From: Clostridiales bacterium
GTDB lineage: Bacteria; Bacillota; Clostridia; Oscillospirales; Acutalibacteraceae
Reading direction: 5' to 3'
Assembly (NCBI GenBank): GCA_022799115.1
Contig: JAAWNT010000010.1
Location: forward strand, 20,412-84,411
DNA length: 64,000 nucleotides
This document shows, piece by piece, positions 1 through 10,073 of the stretch (position 1 is the stretch's first letter; every line of letters starts with the position of its first letter). The position numbers were made by a program, and so were the translations under genes. The notes beneath the pieces were generated by a model that was not told the origin of the DNA, ran no database searches, and saw only the letters and a list, made by a program, of their open reading frames with translations.

Positions 1-797
1 GGATGCTCTGGGGAGATAACCATATAAGTAGCGCCAAAGAGCGTGTCCGGACGAGTGGTGTATACGGTGAGGGTATCGCCGGTAGAGGTGTCAAAATCAA
101 CCTCCGCGCCGGTGGAACGGCCGATCCAATTCTTTTGCTGGGCCTTTACCCGATCCGGGTAATCCACCAGATCCAAATCGTTGATTAAACGCTCGGCATA
201 TTCGGTGATCTTGAGCATCCACTGGGATTTCACCTTATGTACCACCTCGCTGCCGCAACGTTCACAAACCCCGTTGACCACCTCTTCATTGGCCAATACG
301 CATTTGCAGGAGGTACACCAGTTTACCGACATTTCTTTTTTATAGGCGAGGCCCTTTTTAAACAGTTGCAGAAAAATCCACTGCGTCCATTTGTAATAAT
401 CGGGATCCGTGGTGTTAATTTCGCGGCTCCAATCGAAGGAGATGCCCAGAGCTTGAAGCTGCGACTTAAAGCGGGCCACATTCTTTTTGGTGACTATTTC
501 GGGATGGATATGGTTCTTAATTGCAAAGTTTTCCGTAGGCAGGCCAAAGGCATCCCAGCCGATGGGATACAGTACATTATATCCCTGCAACCTGCGTTTT
601 CTGGCCACAATGTCCAGCGCGGTATAGGAACGGGGATGTCCCACGTGCAGTCCCTGGCCCGACGGATAGGGAAACTCAATCAGCGCATAAAATTTGGGTT
701 TGTCGGAGTGGTTGTCCGCATGGAACACACCAGCCTCTTCCCACTTCTTTTGCCATTTCGCCTCAATCGGCGCATGCTCATATTTCAAAAAAGCCAT
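1..797 (-). CDS. leuS: leucyl-tRNA synthetase, N-terminal part (runs off window start)
   Basis: Minus-strand translation from ATG at 797 gives [58 protein letters not shown], with class I HIGH-motif context. The long plus-strand ORF 237..1136 is antisense to it. Confidence 0.85.
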   Translation of the reverse strand, partial: MAFLKYEHAPIEAKWQKKWEEAGVFHADNHSDKPKFYALIEFPYPSGQGLHVGHPRSYTALDIVARKRRLQGYNVLYPIGWDAFGLPTENFAIKNHIHPEIVTKKNVARFKSQLQALGISFDWSREINTTDPDYYKWTQWIFLQLFKKGLAYKKEMSVNWCTSCKCVLANEEVVNGVCERCGSEVVHKVKSQWMLKITEYAERLINDLDLVDYPDRVKAQQKNWIGRSTGAEVDFDTSTGDTLTVYTTRPDTLFGATYMVISPEH

Positions 798-821
798 TCC
801 TTTCCTCAATGTTTGTTCCGG

Positions 822-1175
822 TCAATCCAAAATGCCGGTCAAATCCACCTGGACGCCGTCTTTCCACAGGCGGTCCAGATCGTAAAATTCCCGGGACTCC
901 TGATGGAACACATGGATAATCACGTTGCCGTAGTCCAGCAGGATCCATCCATTGTTGTTGTGCCCTTCAATATGGTCGGGAAGGATATCCAGCTGTTTGA
1001 GCTGATATTCCACCTCGTCCGCCAAGGCCTTAACATGGGTATTACTGGTACCGTTGGCAATGACAAAATAGTCCGCCAATACGGATATATCCTCAATGCC
1101 GATTACCTTTATGTCCAGCGCCTTTTTATTGTTTAAGATCTTGGCCGATTCCTTTGCAAGTTCCATCGCCGTCAT
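822..1175 (-). CDS. rsfS: ribosomal silencing factor RsfS (iojap family)
   Basis: 117 aa. Sequence VIGIEDISVLADYFVIANGTSNTHVKALADEVE...WILLDYGNVIIHVFHQESREFYDLDRLW is typical RsfS, in the conserved nadD-yqeK-rsfS-leuS context. Confidence 0.85.
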   Translation of the reverse strand: MTAMELAKESAKILNNKKALDIKVIGIEDISVLADYFVIANGTSNTHVKALADEVEYQLKQLDILPDHIEGHNNNGWILLDYGNVIIHVFHQESREFYDLDRLWKDGVQVDLTGILD

Positions 1176-1182
1176 AGCGGGT

Positions 1183-1758
1183 TCACTTCTCTTTCTTTTG
1201 AATAATCCAATCGTTGTAGGCGTCCAGTGTATCCGGATGAACGGGCAGCTTACGGCCCGACAAATCCTGAATGGTAAAGATCAGGCCCTCTTCCATTGCC
1301 TTTTCCAAGCTTTGTCCGGCTGCCTTTCTCATCTGCTCCACGCCTTCATAATCCCGTTCCGCCGAGGTAAAATCGGCGATATAGATCACTTTTTCCAGCA
1401 GTGACATGCCTTTACGAGCTGTGGTATGGTAGCGGACCGCGTTCAGAATATCCGGATCCGTCTCCCCCAAGCAATGGGCAAGGTAGGCGGCGCCGCTCAT
1501 AGCATGCCATAATTTTGGAGCAGCCAATTCAATATTAGTTAGTATTATACCAAACTGCTGCAATATTTGCAACTGTTCCTCCGGATCGGTGTCCTTCATA
1601 ATATCATGAAGCAATCCTGCAATTTCTGCTTTTTGAGGATCCGCCCCATATTTTTTCGCCAGCTTGACCGCTTCTTTGGATACGTTAAGAGAATGGATCC
1701 ATCTGGCTTGGCTGAGTTTTGGCTCGACCGCTTCTTTGCATTGCTGTACAGACAACAT
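1183..1758 (-). CDS. yqeK: HD-domain bis(5'-nucleosyl)-tetraphosphatase YqeK
   Basis: HD motif (LLHDIMKD) and conserved position after nadD. Start moved to the internal ATG (MLSVQQ...), which has a strong SD (AAAGGAGTG + 7 nt); the ORF-track start at 1845 is probably an extension. Confidence 0.75.
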   Translation of the reverse strand: MLSVQQCKEAVEPKLSQARWIHSLNVSKEAVKLAKKYGADPQKAEIAGLLHDIMKDTDPEEQLQILQQFGIILTNIELAAPKLWHAMSGAAYLAHCLGETDPDILNAVRYHTTARKGMSLLEKVIYIADFTSAERDYEGVEQMRKAAGQSLEKAMEEGLIFTIQDLSGRKLPVHPDTLDAYNDWIIQKKEK

Positions 1759-1888
1759 ACACAAACACTCCTTTATCCAATCAACGCGATTATGGAAGCC
1801 CCGTGTTTTACCCTTTCTTTGGCTTATCGCCTCGAACCGATACAAATCCGTTCTTCATCGCCGGCTGTTTCTTTGTCCGTTAATCGCT

Positions 1889-2530
1889 TTAAAGCTTATG
1901 AAAAGAACTCTTTTCATCTTGAGTATCCCCGTACAAACCATGCCGGCGTATATAGCGTTCCACATTTTTTGGTACCCATTCTTCAATGGACCGCCCTGTT
2001 TTTAGCCGGTGACGGATTTGAGTGGAAGAAATTTCTATCAGAGGAAAATCCAAAAGCGCCGTCTGGGCGCTGTACTGGTTTTTTAGGAAATCGGCCTGTC
2101 TTTGCAGAGCTTGCAGGCCTTCTTTTTCTCTTGGCACCCCGCAGACAACGGCAAAACGAAAAATTTCCTGGGCATTTTTCCAATCCTGGATTGTAAGAAA
2201 CATATCCGCTCCAGTAATAAGATAGAGCTGGGCGTCCGGAATCCGCGCGCGCAGCTGACGAAGAGTATCCACCGTATAGCTAGGCCCTTGCCGGCGGATC
2301 TCCAGATCGGAAACCTGTAGTTTTTGATATTCTTCTGCTGCAAGGACGCACATTTCCCATCTCTGCCGGGGAGTGGTCTCCTCCTCATATCGCTTATGCG
2401 GCGGAATGTTGGTGGGAATGAGAAGCACCTTATCAAGCTCCAGCTGCGCGGCGGCATAGAGGGCCAGCTTAATGTGTCCGTTGTGAATGGGATTGAAGGT
2501 TCCTCCAAACATGGCAATCTTTTTCATCAT
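1889..2530 (-). CDS. nadD: nicotinate-nucleotide adenylyltransferase
   Basis: N-terminal GGTFNPIHNGH (HxGH nucleotidyltransferase motif), 213 aa, conserved neighbourhood. Confidence 0.9.
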   Translation of the reverse strand: MMKKIAMFGGTFNPIHNGHIKLALYAAAQLELDKVLLIPTNIPPHKRYEEETTPRQRWEMCVLAAEEYQKLQVSDLEIRRQGPSYTVDTLRQLRARIPDAQLYLITGADMFLTIQDWKNAQEIFRFAVVCGVPREKEGLQALQRQADFLKNQYSAQTALLDFPLIEISSTQIRHRLKTGRSIEEWVPKNVERYIRRHGLYGDTQDEKSSFHKL

Positions 2531-2539
2531 TCACTGGTC

Positions 2540-2839
2540 TTATTTTGCCCTGGGAAGCGCAATCTTGGGTTCCTTTTGGTTTCTGCGGTATAACACAAAT
2601 TTGGCGCCGATCACCTGCACCACTTCCGCCTGAATCTGCTGGGCAATCTGCTCGGCGGCCTCCCGGGGGGATAGCGGGGAGGTTTCCAGCACCTTGCCTT
2701 TAATCAGCTCCCGCGCCGTCAGCGCATCGTCGGCCTGTTTGATGATCTCCGGGCTCATCCCGCCCTTGCCCACCATCACGATGGTATCGATGGCGTTAGA
2801 AAGGGAGCGCAAATACGCCCGTTGTTTACTCGTAATCAT
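2540..2839 (-). CDS. yhbY: YhbY/CRS1-family RNA-binding protein
   Basis: 99 aa. ITSKQRAYLRSLSNAIDTIVMVGKGG...IKGKVLE matches the CRM domain; overlaps the rdgB stop by 4 nt. Confidence 0.8.
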   Translation of the reverse strand: MITSKQRAYLRSLSNAIDTIVMVGKGGMSPEIIKQADDALTARELIKGKVLETSPLSPREAAEQIAQQIQAEVVQVIGAKFVLYRRNQKEPKIALPRAK

Positions 2840-3459
2840 TCGTCGATCTCCTTATCCTCCATTTTTTCTTCCAATATCAGTTTCAACTGCTCGGCCAGTT
2901 TACGCAGAGCAAGGCCCCGATGGCTGATCGCGTCCTTCTCTTCACTGGTGAGCTGCGCGTATGTTTTGCCGCTTTGCGTAAGAAAAATCGGATCGTACCC
3001 GAATCCGCCTTCCCCTTTGGGTGCAAAAGCGATGCGCCCTTCACATTCTCCCCGCACCACGATCTTTCGACCATCCGGGAAAACGCAGCATACCGCGGAG
3101 ACAAACCGGGCGGTTCGTTGTTGCGCAGGCACCTCCCTTAGTTCCTCAAGCAGCTTTTCAATGCGGTCGGCATCGGTGGCGTTTTCACCCGCATAACGGG
3201 CGGAATAGATCCCTGGAGCGCCGTTCAGCGCGTCCACTTCTAATCCTGAATCGTCCGCTACGGCGGGCAGTCCGGATAAATTGCAGGCTGCTATGGCTTT
3301 GAGCTGCGCGTTTTCTTCAAAGGTGGAACCGGTCTCCTCAACCTCTTCCAGATCCACGCCCGCTTGTTTCGCTGTAATAGCCTCAACGCCCAAAGGATTG
3401 AGAATCCGGTCCAGCTCCACACGTTTCTTTGCGTTGTTGGTGGCGATGATAAATGTCAT
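2836..3459 (-). CDS. rdgB: non-canonical purine NTP pyrophosphatase (RdgB/HAM1 family)
   Basis: MTFIIATNNAKKRVEL...SGLEVDALNGAPGIYSARYAG...FGYDPIF. HAM1 signature motifs are present. Confidence 0.85.
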   Translation of the reverse strand: MTFIIATNNAKKRVELDRILNPLGVEAITAKQAGVDLEEVEETGSTFEENAQLKAIAACNLSGLPAVADDSGLEVDALNGAPGIYSARYAGENATDADRIEKLLEELREVPAQQRTARFVSAVCCVFPDGRKIVVRGECEGRIAFAPKGEGGFGYDPIFLTQSGKTYAQLTSEEKDAISHRGLALRKLAEQLKLILEEKMEDKEIDE

Positions 3460-3583
3460 ATGCTTTGCGCTCCTTTTTTAAGTAAACATCCGGCGTGCGA
3501 ATGTCCGCTTTGCAGCGGGTAAAGGATGTCTCATATTCCTTTTAAGAGAACATCCTTTCTTCCAGCGCCTGATTTTATTATGA

Positions 3584-4528
3584 TTACCGCTGCAACGATT
3601 CATCGGCGTGGGACTCCCGTTCCGGAGCAAACAGCGCGTTGGCAAATTCGTCTGCGTCAAAAGGCTGTAGGTCATCCACCTGCTCGCCTACGCCGATGAA
3701 TTTTACGGGAACGTTCAAGTCCTCCTTGATGGCCAAAACCACGCCTCCCCGGGCGGTGCCGTCCAGTTTGGTGAGCACAATGCCGGTGATGCCCGCCGCG
3801 TTTTTAAATTCCCGCGCTTGATTGACAGCGTTTTGCCCTGTGGTGGCGTCCAGCACCAACAGAATCTCTTTGTCTGCGTCCGGCAGCTCCCGGTCGATGA
3901 TCCGGCCGATTTTGGAAAGTTCATCCATCAGGTTTTTCTTATTGTGGAGACGGCCGGCGGTATCGCAAATAACCACATCCGCATTTCTCGCCTTAGCCGC
4001 AGAGATCGCGTCGTACACCACAGCGGCAGGATCGGAACCCTCCTCCTGCTTGACGATATCAGCGCCCGAACGCTGCGCCCAGATTTCCAACTGATCGATG
4101 GCGGCGGCGCGGAAGGTATCCGCAGCCCCTAGAATCACCTTTTTCCCTTCCTGGGTCAGCCGCGCGGCGATTTTTCCTATGGTGGTGGTCTTACCCACCC
4201 CATTGACGCCGATGACCAGAATGATTGACGGTTTGGTGGAGAGGCGTAACGCTTCCCCACCTTTGAGCATGTCGGTCACGATCTCATGCATCAGGTCGTG
4301 GATGGCGGAGGGATCCTTAACGCCCTCCCGCTTAACCCGATCCCGCAGCGCATCACAGATGCGCGAGGCGGTGGGCAAGCCCACATCCCCCATGACCAGA
4401 AGTTCCTCCAGCTCCTCAAATAATTCCTCGTCGATTTTCGTAAAGGATTTCAGCATGGAGTCGATCTGCCCCACGATGCTGTCTCTGGTCTTTTTCAGTC
4501 CATCTTTTATCTTTTGAAACAGTCCCAT
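3584..4528 (-). CDS. ftsY: signal recognition particle receptor FtsY
   Basis: GVNGVGKTTTIGKIA (SRP GTPase P-loop), DTAGR and TKLDGTARGG motifs; 314 aa; located downstream of smc as in most Firmicutes. Confidence 0.92.
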   Translation of the reverse strand: MGLFQKIKDGLKKTRDSIVGQIDSMLKSFTKIDEELFEELEELLVMGDVGLPTASRICDALRDRVKREGVKDPSAIHDLMHEIVTDMLKGGEALRLSTKPSIILVIGVNGVGKTTTIGKIAARLTQEGKKVILGAADTFRAAAIDQLEIWAQRSGADIVKQEEGSDPAAVVYDAISAAKARNADVVICDTAGRLHNKKNLMDELSKIGRIIDRELPDADKEILLVLDATTGQNAVNQAREFKNAAGITGIVLTKLDGTARGGVVLAIKEDLNVPVKFIGVGEQVDDLQPFDADEFANALFAPERESHADESLQR

Positions 4529-4563
4529 GATCCATCACTCTTTCTATAATTATATCCGCCTAT

Positions 4564-7500
4564 TCATCGAATGCCCAGCTTCTGTTCGAGCTCCGACGCG
4601 CGGAGCTCCAGCAGCTTGGACACCCCTTCATCCTGCATGGTGACTCCATACAGCACATCCGCCTCGTTCATGGTACCCCGGCGGTGGGTGATCACAATAA
4701 ACTGGGTTCTTTCGTTCATACGCCTGAGATAGGCGGCGAACCGATCCACGTTGATGTCGTCCAGCGCGGCCTCGATTTCGTCCAGTACACAGAAGGGGGG
4801 CGGATTCACCTTCATAATCGCAAAGTACAGCGCGATGGCTACCAGCGCCCGTTCTCCTCCTGAAAGCGCTTCCAGCCTGGGTTTTATTTTACCCGGCGGT
4901 TGGACAGATATTTCAATTCCTGAATTTAAAACGTCGTCACGGTTACTAAGCTCCAAGGAAGCGACGCCCCCTCCGAACAGCTCTCGGAACGTGGCGATAA
5001 AGTTTTGATTGATCTGTTCAAATCGCTGCAAAAACAGCTCCCGCATCTGTTGGGTGAGATCCCCGATTAGACGGATCAGCTCGTTTTTGGACCGCTCTAC
5101 ATCGTCCACCTGCTCTTTCATAAAGGTATAGCGCTCATGAACCTCTTGATATTCCTCAATGGCGCCTACATTTACTGAACCGAGGCTTTTGATCTTCAGT
5201 TTTAACTCATTCAGCCGCTTTTGCGCTGCCGGCAGGTCGTCGATTTTTTCGCTGATCTCCTCGGCTTCCCGGCGGGTAAGCTCATATTCCTCCCATAGAC
5301 GGGCAATGATCTCGTCATATTCTTTTTGCAATCCGGCTTTGCGTTCTTCCATGCGGGCCAGGTCTCTGCCGATGTTTTCCCGTTCCGAGGATTTCTCCCG
5401 CTCCTTTTGACGCAGCTCTACCGAGCGTTTTTCTAGTAAAATCCTCTCCTGGTTGAGCTGTTCGATCTTCTGCTGCGCCTCTTTCGCTCTCTCCCGCAAC
5501 CGATGGGCATCCGTATCGCATTGAGCAATCTCCTGCTTTAGCTGACGGCTGCGCTTCTCAATTTCTTCAATCTGCGCTTGCTGCTCCCGGATCCGTCCGG
5601 CATGATCCAACTTCCGGCCTTCAATGCCCTCTATCTCCGATTGCAGGGACTGTACGTCCTTTTGCAGTGATACCATATCCAGACGGATATTCTGTAGCTG
5701 CTGATTGAGCTGCTCCCGTCTGGCGGTGATCTGTTCCCGGTTGCCGGACAGGGAGGAGATTTGCTCTTCCGCCCGGCGAATTTGCTCGGCAAGCACGCGG
5801 CTGTTTTGTTCCGCCTGCTCCTTCGCCGTGTTAAGCTCCTGAATCCGCTGGGTCAACTCCTCCTGTTCAAGCCTGAGTTCCCCGGCGGCTTTTTGCAGGG
5901 TATGTAGTTCAGACGCGCAATTGCGGCACTCCGCTTCAATGCGAATGCGCTCCTCCTGGGCGGATGCAAGCTCTCCCTTGGCCCCTGTGAGGGCCGCCTC
6001 CGCCTGGGATGCGCCGGCCTCTGCTTCCCGGTATGCGTTACGGGCCTCCAGCGCCTTTCCCTTTAGCTCTTCCGCCTCTTTACGCACCCGCTCAATCTCG
6101 GTAGCACGGCTGAGCAGGCCGGAATTGCGGGCCAACGAGCCGCCTGTCATGGAGCCGCCCGCATTAACCACCTGGCCGTCCAAGGTAACCACCCGGAACT
6201 TATAATGAAACCGCTTGGCGATGGTCACGGCGCTATCCAAGTCCTCCGCAATGGCGATGCGCCCCAGCAAAGAGCGCCGCACGCCGTCATATTGCGCTTC
6301 GCACCGGCACAGTTCGCTGGCAATTCCCACAAATCCCATACAGTCCTGCAATCCGTTTTCTTGCAGCACATTGCCCCGGATGGTGGTCAGCGGCAGAAAC
6401 GTGGCTCGGCCGCCGTCCCGTTGTTTGAGCATTTCAATGGCGCGCTTGGCGTCCTGCTCGGTTCCCACCACAATGTTCTGCATGGCGGCGCCAAGCGCCG
6501 TCTCCATGGCCACCGCGTATTGTCCCGGCACCTTTAAGATACGGGATACCGGTCCATGAATGCCGGAAAGGAGCCCGCGATTGGATTCCTTCATCACTAT
6601 CTTGACGCTTTGGGCAAATCCCTCCAGATTTCGCTCCAGCTCCTCCAAAAGCCGGGTACGGCGAATCCGTTCCTCCGCGTCCAGAGTGAGCGTATCCGCC
6701 TGCTGCTTTTTACCCTCCAGCTTTTGCCGGCGGGTATTCAGCCGGATCTCGTAGCCGCGCACGGTATTGGACAGCTCGTTCACCCGCTCCACCGCGTCGT
6801 TCTGCATTTCCTGAATCTCGCCCAAGGTTTCCTCCAAACGGGTAATCCTTTCCGCCCGGCGTTCTACTCCCTCGGTTACCACCTGAAGACGGGATTGGGA
6901 CTCTTGAATCGATGACGCCGTGGTGATCGCCGTCACCTTGGATTCGGATGCCTGCACAGTCAGATCAGAGAGCTGACGGGAAAGCTGCTCCCCGGTCCCA
7001 GTGAATCGGTTCATCTCCTGCTGAAGCTGTTTCAGATCCCCCTCGCACCGTAGATAATCCCGCTGTTTTTGCTCAATTTCTGCCGTATGCGCTTCGATGC
7101 GCTCCAATTTTCCCTTGATTTGAGTGTCCATCGCATGGGTAGACGCATCCGCCTGCTGGATTTCACTTTGGATTCGATCGATGTTCTCCGTATTATGTAA
7201 AATGTCGTTTTCAAGTAAGGAGACACGGTTCTTTTTCTCCACGGCCTGTTCTTCCAGGTTCGCGATCTCCCGGCGAACCACATCCACCCTGGCCGTATGG
7301 GCATTGGTTTTGAGAAAGACTTCCTCCGTCTCCTGCCGGATGCGTTCCAGTTCCTCCTGGGCGGCGTCATGCTGGCTTTGGGCAATGGATATCTTATCTT
7401 CCTGCTCCCGCAGCACCTGTCCCGATCGCTCCAGAGTCCCAAGCCACAGGCCGATTTCCAGAGTGCGTTTTTCTCCCGCGTACTCTAAATAATCCCTGGC

Positions 7501-8133
7501 TTTTTGCGCTTGCTCCGCCAGAGGCCCCACCCGGCCTTCCAGCTCCAGGATGATATCGCGAAGGCGGAGCAGATTCTCTTCCGCCTGGGCAAGTCTGCGC
7601 TGCGCCTCGGTTTTCCGATAACGGAACCGAGAAATTCCGGCTGCCTCCTCAAACACCTCGCGGCGATCCTCCGAACGGGCCCCCACAATGCTATCGATCT
7701 TGCCCTGTCCAATGACTGAATATCCATCCCTGCCCAAGCCGGTGTCCATAAACAGGTCATGAATGTCTTTTAATCGGACAGAGGCTTTATTGATTTGATA
7801 TTCACTCTCTCCCGAACGGTAATAACGGCGGGTAATGGCCACTTCGTCGCTGTCAAAGTCCAGCTTTCGGTCAGCGTTGTCAATGGTCAGCGTCACCTCT
7901 GCAAAGCCTTGGGATTTGCGGATCGGCGTTCCGTTAAAGACCACATCCTCCATCTTGGAGCAGCGAAGCGTCTTGGTGGACTGTTCCCCCAGGACCCAAC
8001 GAATCGCGTCGCTGATGTTACTTTTCCCGCTGCCATTAGGCCCCACAACGGCGGTGATCCCCTTGCCAAAGGAAAGCGCCGTCTTGTCCGGAAATGTCTT
8101 GAACCCCTGTAATTCGAGAGATTTTAATAGCAC
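4564..8133 (-). CDS. smc: chromosome segregation protein SMC
   Basis: 1189 aa. N-terminal Walker A (GPNGSGKSN), long coiled coils, hinge domain, C-terminal LSGGE signature + Walker B (LDEIEAALD). Confidence 0.95.
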   Translation of the reverse strand: MLLKSLELQGFKTFPDKTALSFGKGITAVVGPNGSGKSNISDAIRWVLGEQSTKTLRCSKMEDVVFNGTPIRKSQGFAEVTLTIDNADRKLDFDSDEVAITRRYYRSGESEYQINKASVRLKDIHDLFMDTGLGRDGYSVIGQGKIDSIVGARSEDRREVFEEAAGISRFRYRKTEAQRRLAQAEENLLRLRDIILELEGRVGPLAEQAQKARDYLEYAGEKRTLEIGLWLGTLERSGQVLREQEDKISIAQSQHDAAQEELERIRQETEEVFLKTNAHTARVDVVRREIANLEEQAVEKKNRVSLLENDILHNTENIDRIQSEIQQADASTHAMDTQIKGKLERIEAHTAEIEQKQRDYLRCEGDLKQLQQEMNRFTGTGEQLSRQLSDLTVQASESKVTAITTASSIQESQSRLQVVTEGVERRAERITRLEETLGEIQEMQNDAVERVNELSNTVRGYEIRLNTRRQKLEGKKQQADTLTLDAEERIRRTRLLEELERNLEGFAQSVKIVMKESNRGLLSGIHGPVSRILKVPGQYAVAMETALGAAMQNIVVGTEQDAKRAIEMLKQRDGGRATFLPLTTIRGNVLQENGLQDCMGFVGIASELCRCEAQYDGVRRSLLGRIAIAEDLDSAVTIAKRFHYKFRVVTLDGQVVNAGGSMTGGSLARNSGLLSRATEIERVRKEAEELKGKALEARNAYREAEAGASQAEAALTGAKGELASAQEERIRIEAECRNCASELHTLQKAAGELRLEQEELTQRIQELNTAKEQAEQNSRVLAEQIRRAEEQISSLSGNREQITARREQLNQQLQNIRLDMVSLQKDVQSLQSEIEGIEGRKLDHAGRIREQQAQIEEIEKRSRQLKQEIAQCDTDAHRLRERAKEAQQKIEQLNQERILLEKRSVELRQKEREKSSERENIGRDLARMEERKAGLQKEYDEIIARLWEEYELTRREAEEISEKIDDLPAAQKRLNELKLKIKSLGSVNVGAIEEYQEVHERYTFMKEQVDDVERSKNELIRLIGDLTQQMRELFLQRFEQINQNFIATFRELFGGGVASLELSNRDDVLNSGIEISVQPPGKIKPRLEALSGGERALVAIALYFAIMKVNPPPFCVLDEIEAALDDINVDRFAAYLRRMNERTQFIVITHRRGTMNEADVLYGVTMQDEGVSKLLELRASELEQKLGIR

Positions 8134-8285
8134 ATTCTCACCTGCATCTTTGTTGTAGATTCTAAATAAATTCTTAGCGATAGGATTTCCCGCACGTTTC
8201 GGCGCGCCAAACGGGCGTGCCCATGCGGTTGTGCGTACAGATCAATCAATGATCCCCGTTAATGGCAACCATTCCCATAAACGGC

Positions 8286-9296
8286 TTATTCCATCATGGA
8301 CTTTACCCGAAATTGGCCGGGGGCTAACGAAGGATCCGCCTCAACTTTTGCGGAGTAACCATTGCGGGCCAAAGCAAGAAGATTCGACTTTTTTTGCCCA
8401 ATGGCGATGGATAGTTCCTTGGGAAAAACGGAAACCAGAATGCGACCAGCCGGAACTTTTTCCCGGTTCAACCGCTGGGTCAGACGCTGTAAAAAAATCG
8501 AGCTTTCGCACAATTCCCGAAAGGCCGGGTGAAACCCGCCCGCCAGCATATCCCGGCGCAGTTGGGGGCTGTCGTGCAACCCCAGTCGGATGACCGGTAT
8601 ATGGTTGCGCTCAAACAACTGAAGAAGCTGGGCGCACAGTTCTACCGATGCGGTTACATCCAGCGGCTGGTAAACGCCGCTTTCATAAAGGGCGGCTAAG
8701 GGCGTATGTTTCATCACAACCGTGGGATAAATCCGTACCGTATCGGGACGCAGGAGCACAAAGGAGCGGGCGGTGGACCAATCGTCCGCAAGAGAACTGC
8801 CGTATAGGCCGGTCATCATTTGAAGTCCCAAAGAAAAACCATATTCTTTGATTAAGCGGGCTGCGTTCTCCACATCTCTGGCCGTATGCCCCCGTTGATT
8901 GAGATTCAATACCCGATCGTTCATACTTTGCGCGCCTAGTTCAATGGCCGTGACGCCGAACGCCTTGAGCCGCTGGAGAATTTCCGGGGAAATGGCGTCC
9001 GGCCTGGTGGAAATCCGAATTCCCCGGAACAAGCCCTTTCGGATAAAAGGAAAGGCCGCCAGCAGCAACTGCTCTTGGTACTGTAGATCTATCGCGGTAA
9101 AGCTGCCGCCGAAAAAGGCGACCTCCGCTTCTCGCGCGCGGTCGCCCATCTGCTTCGCCGCTTCAAGCAGCGTCTCGGTAATTTGCTGGGGAGCGGGTTG
9201 CGCTTGTTGGCCCACAATACTGCGTTGATTGCAAAAGCTGCACTGATTCTGGCAGCCGTTATGGGGAATAAAAAAAGCGATGTTGGCGTGTTTCAA
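8286..9296 (-). CDS. radical SAM protein (Elp3-like / TIGR01212 family)
   Basis: CxxxCxxC-like motif GCQNQCSFCNQRS near the N-terminus; 336 aa; sits between rnc and smc as in many Clostridia. Confidence 0.7.
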   Translation of the reverse strand: MKHANIAFFIPHNGCQNQCSFCNQRSIVGQQAQPAPQQITETLLEAAKQMGDRAREAEVAFFGGSFTAIDLQYQEQLLLAAFPFIRKGLFRGIRISTRPDAISPEILQRLKAFGVTAIELGAQSMNDRVLNLNQRGHTARDVENAARLIKEYGFSLGLQMMTGLYGSSLADDWSTARSFVLLRPDTVRIYPTVVMKHTPLAALYESGVYQPLDVTASVELCAQLLQLFERNHIPVIRLGLHDSPQLRRDMLAGGFHPAFRELCESSIFLQRLTQRLNREKVPAGRILVSVFPKELSIAIGQKKSNLLALARNGYSAKVEADPSLAPGQFRVKSMME

Positions 9297-9967
9297 TATC
9301 CCATCAGCTCCAGCGCTTCCCGCGCCGCCTGCTGCTCCGCCTCTTTTTTGCTGCGTCCGCCTCCCTTGCCGATCACATTGCTGTTAAGATGGACCTCTAC
9401 CACAAAATGCTTGTCGTGATCCGGACCGCTTTCCCCTATGAGCACATATTCCAGACGCTCCTCGGGGTTTTGCTGGACAATCTCCTGTAATGCCGTTTTA
9501 TAGTCCTTAAAAGCCTTTGGCTTTGGATTTTCAATTTCCGGCAGCACAAACCGAAGGATAAATTTGCGCGCTTCTTCCATGCCGCCGTCTAAATAAATGG
9601 AGGCAATAACGGCTTCAAACGCGTCGGCTAAAATGGAAGGCCGATCCTTTCCCCCTGAATTTTGCTCGCCCCGGCTGAGACACAGAAATTCTCCCAGTCC
9701 CAGGGAACGGGAAAACCGGCATAGGGATTTTTCACATACCAGAGAAGCGCGCAGCTTGGTGAGATCTCCCTCCGGCAGGTGGGGGCAGTGCAGAAACAGA
9801 TAATCGGAAACCACAATGCTGAGCACCGCGTCTCCCAAAAATTCCAGTCTTTCATTGCTTTGAATGCCTGAGCGCGCCTCGTTTGCAAAGGAGGAGTGGG
9901 TCAGGGCTGTTTGCAGATATTCCGGTTTTTTATAGGTATATTGCAGCTTTTTCTCTAATTGCTTCAT
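9293..9967 (-). CDS. rnc: ribonuclease III
   Basis: ERLEFLGDAVLSIVVSDYLF catalytic signature and C-terminal dsRBD. Start placed at the internal ATG (MKQLEKK...) with SD AAGAGGAG; the ORF-track start at 10015 adds 16 K/R-rich residues. Confidence 0.85.
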   Translation of the reverse strand: MKQLEKKLQYTYKKPEYLQTALTHSSFANEARSGIQSNERLEFLGDAVLSIVVSDYLFLHCPHLPEGDLTKLRASLVCEKSLCRFSRSLGLGEFLCLSRGEQNSGGKDRPSILADAFEAVIASIYLDGGMEEARKFILRFVLPEIENPKPKAFKDYKTALQEIVQQNPEERLEYVLIGESGPDHDKHFVVEVHLNSNVIGKGGGRSKKEAEQQAAREALELMGY

Positions 9968-10073
9968 GGTTGGAACGCTCCTCTTTCTTCGGTATGGGTG
10001 GAATCTTTTCGGCATAAAAGAAAACGGATCTTACCATCTTCAATTCTGTGATTGAAACTGTCCGCCGCTTGAT

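Noticed and set aside
237-1136. 299-aa plus-strand ORF at the window start
   Set aside because: It is antisense to the well-conserved leuS N-terminus and rsfS. The translation is low-complexity with no motif; long antisense ORFs are expected in GC-rich coding DNA.
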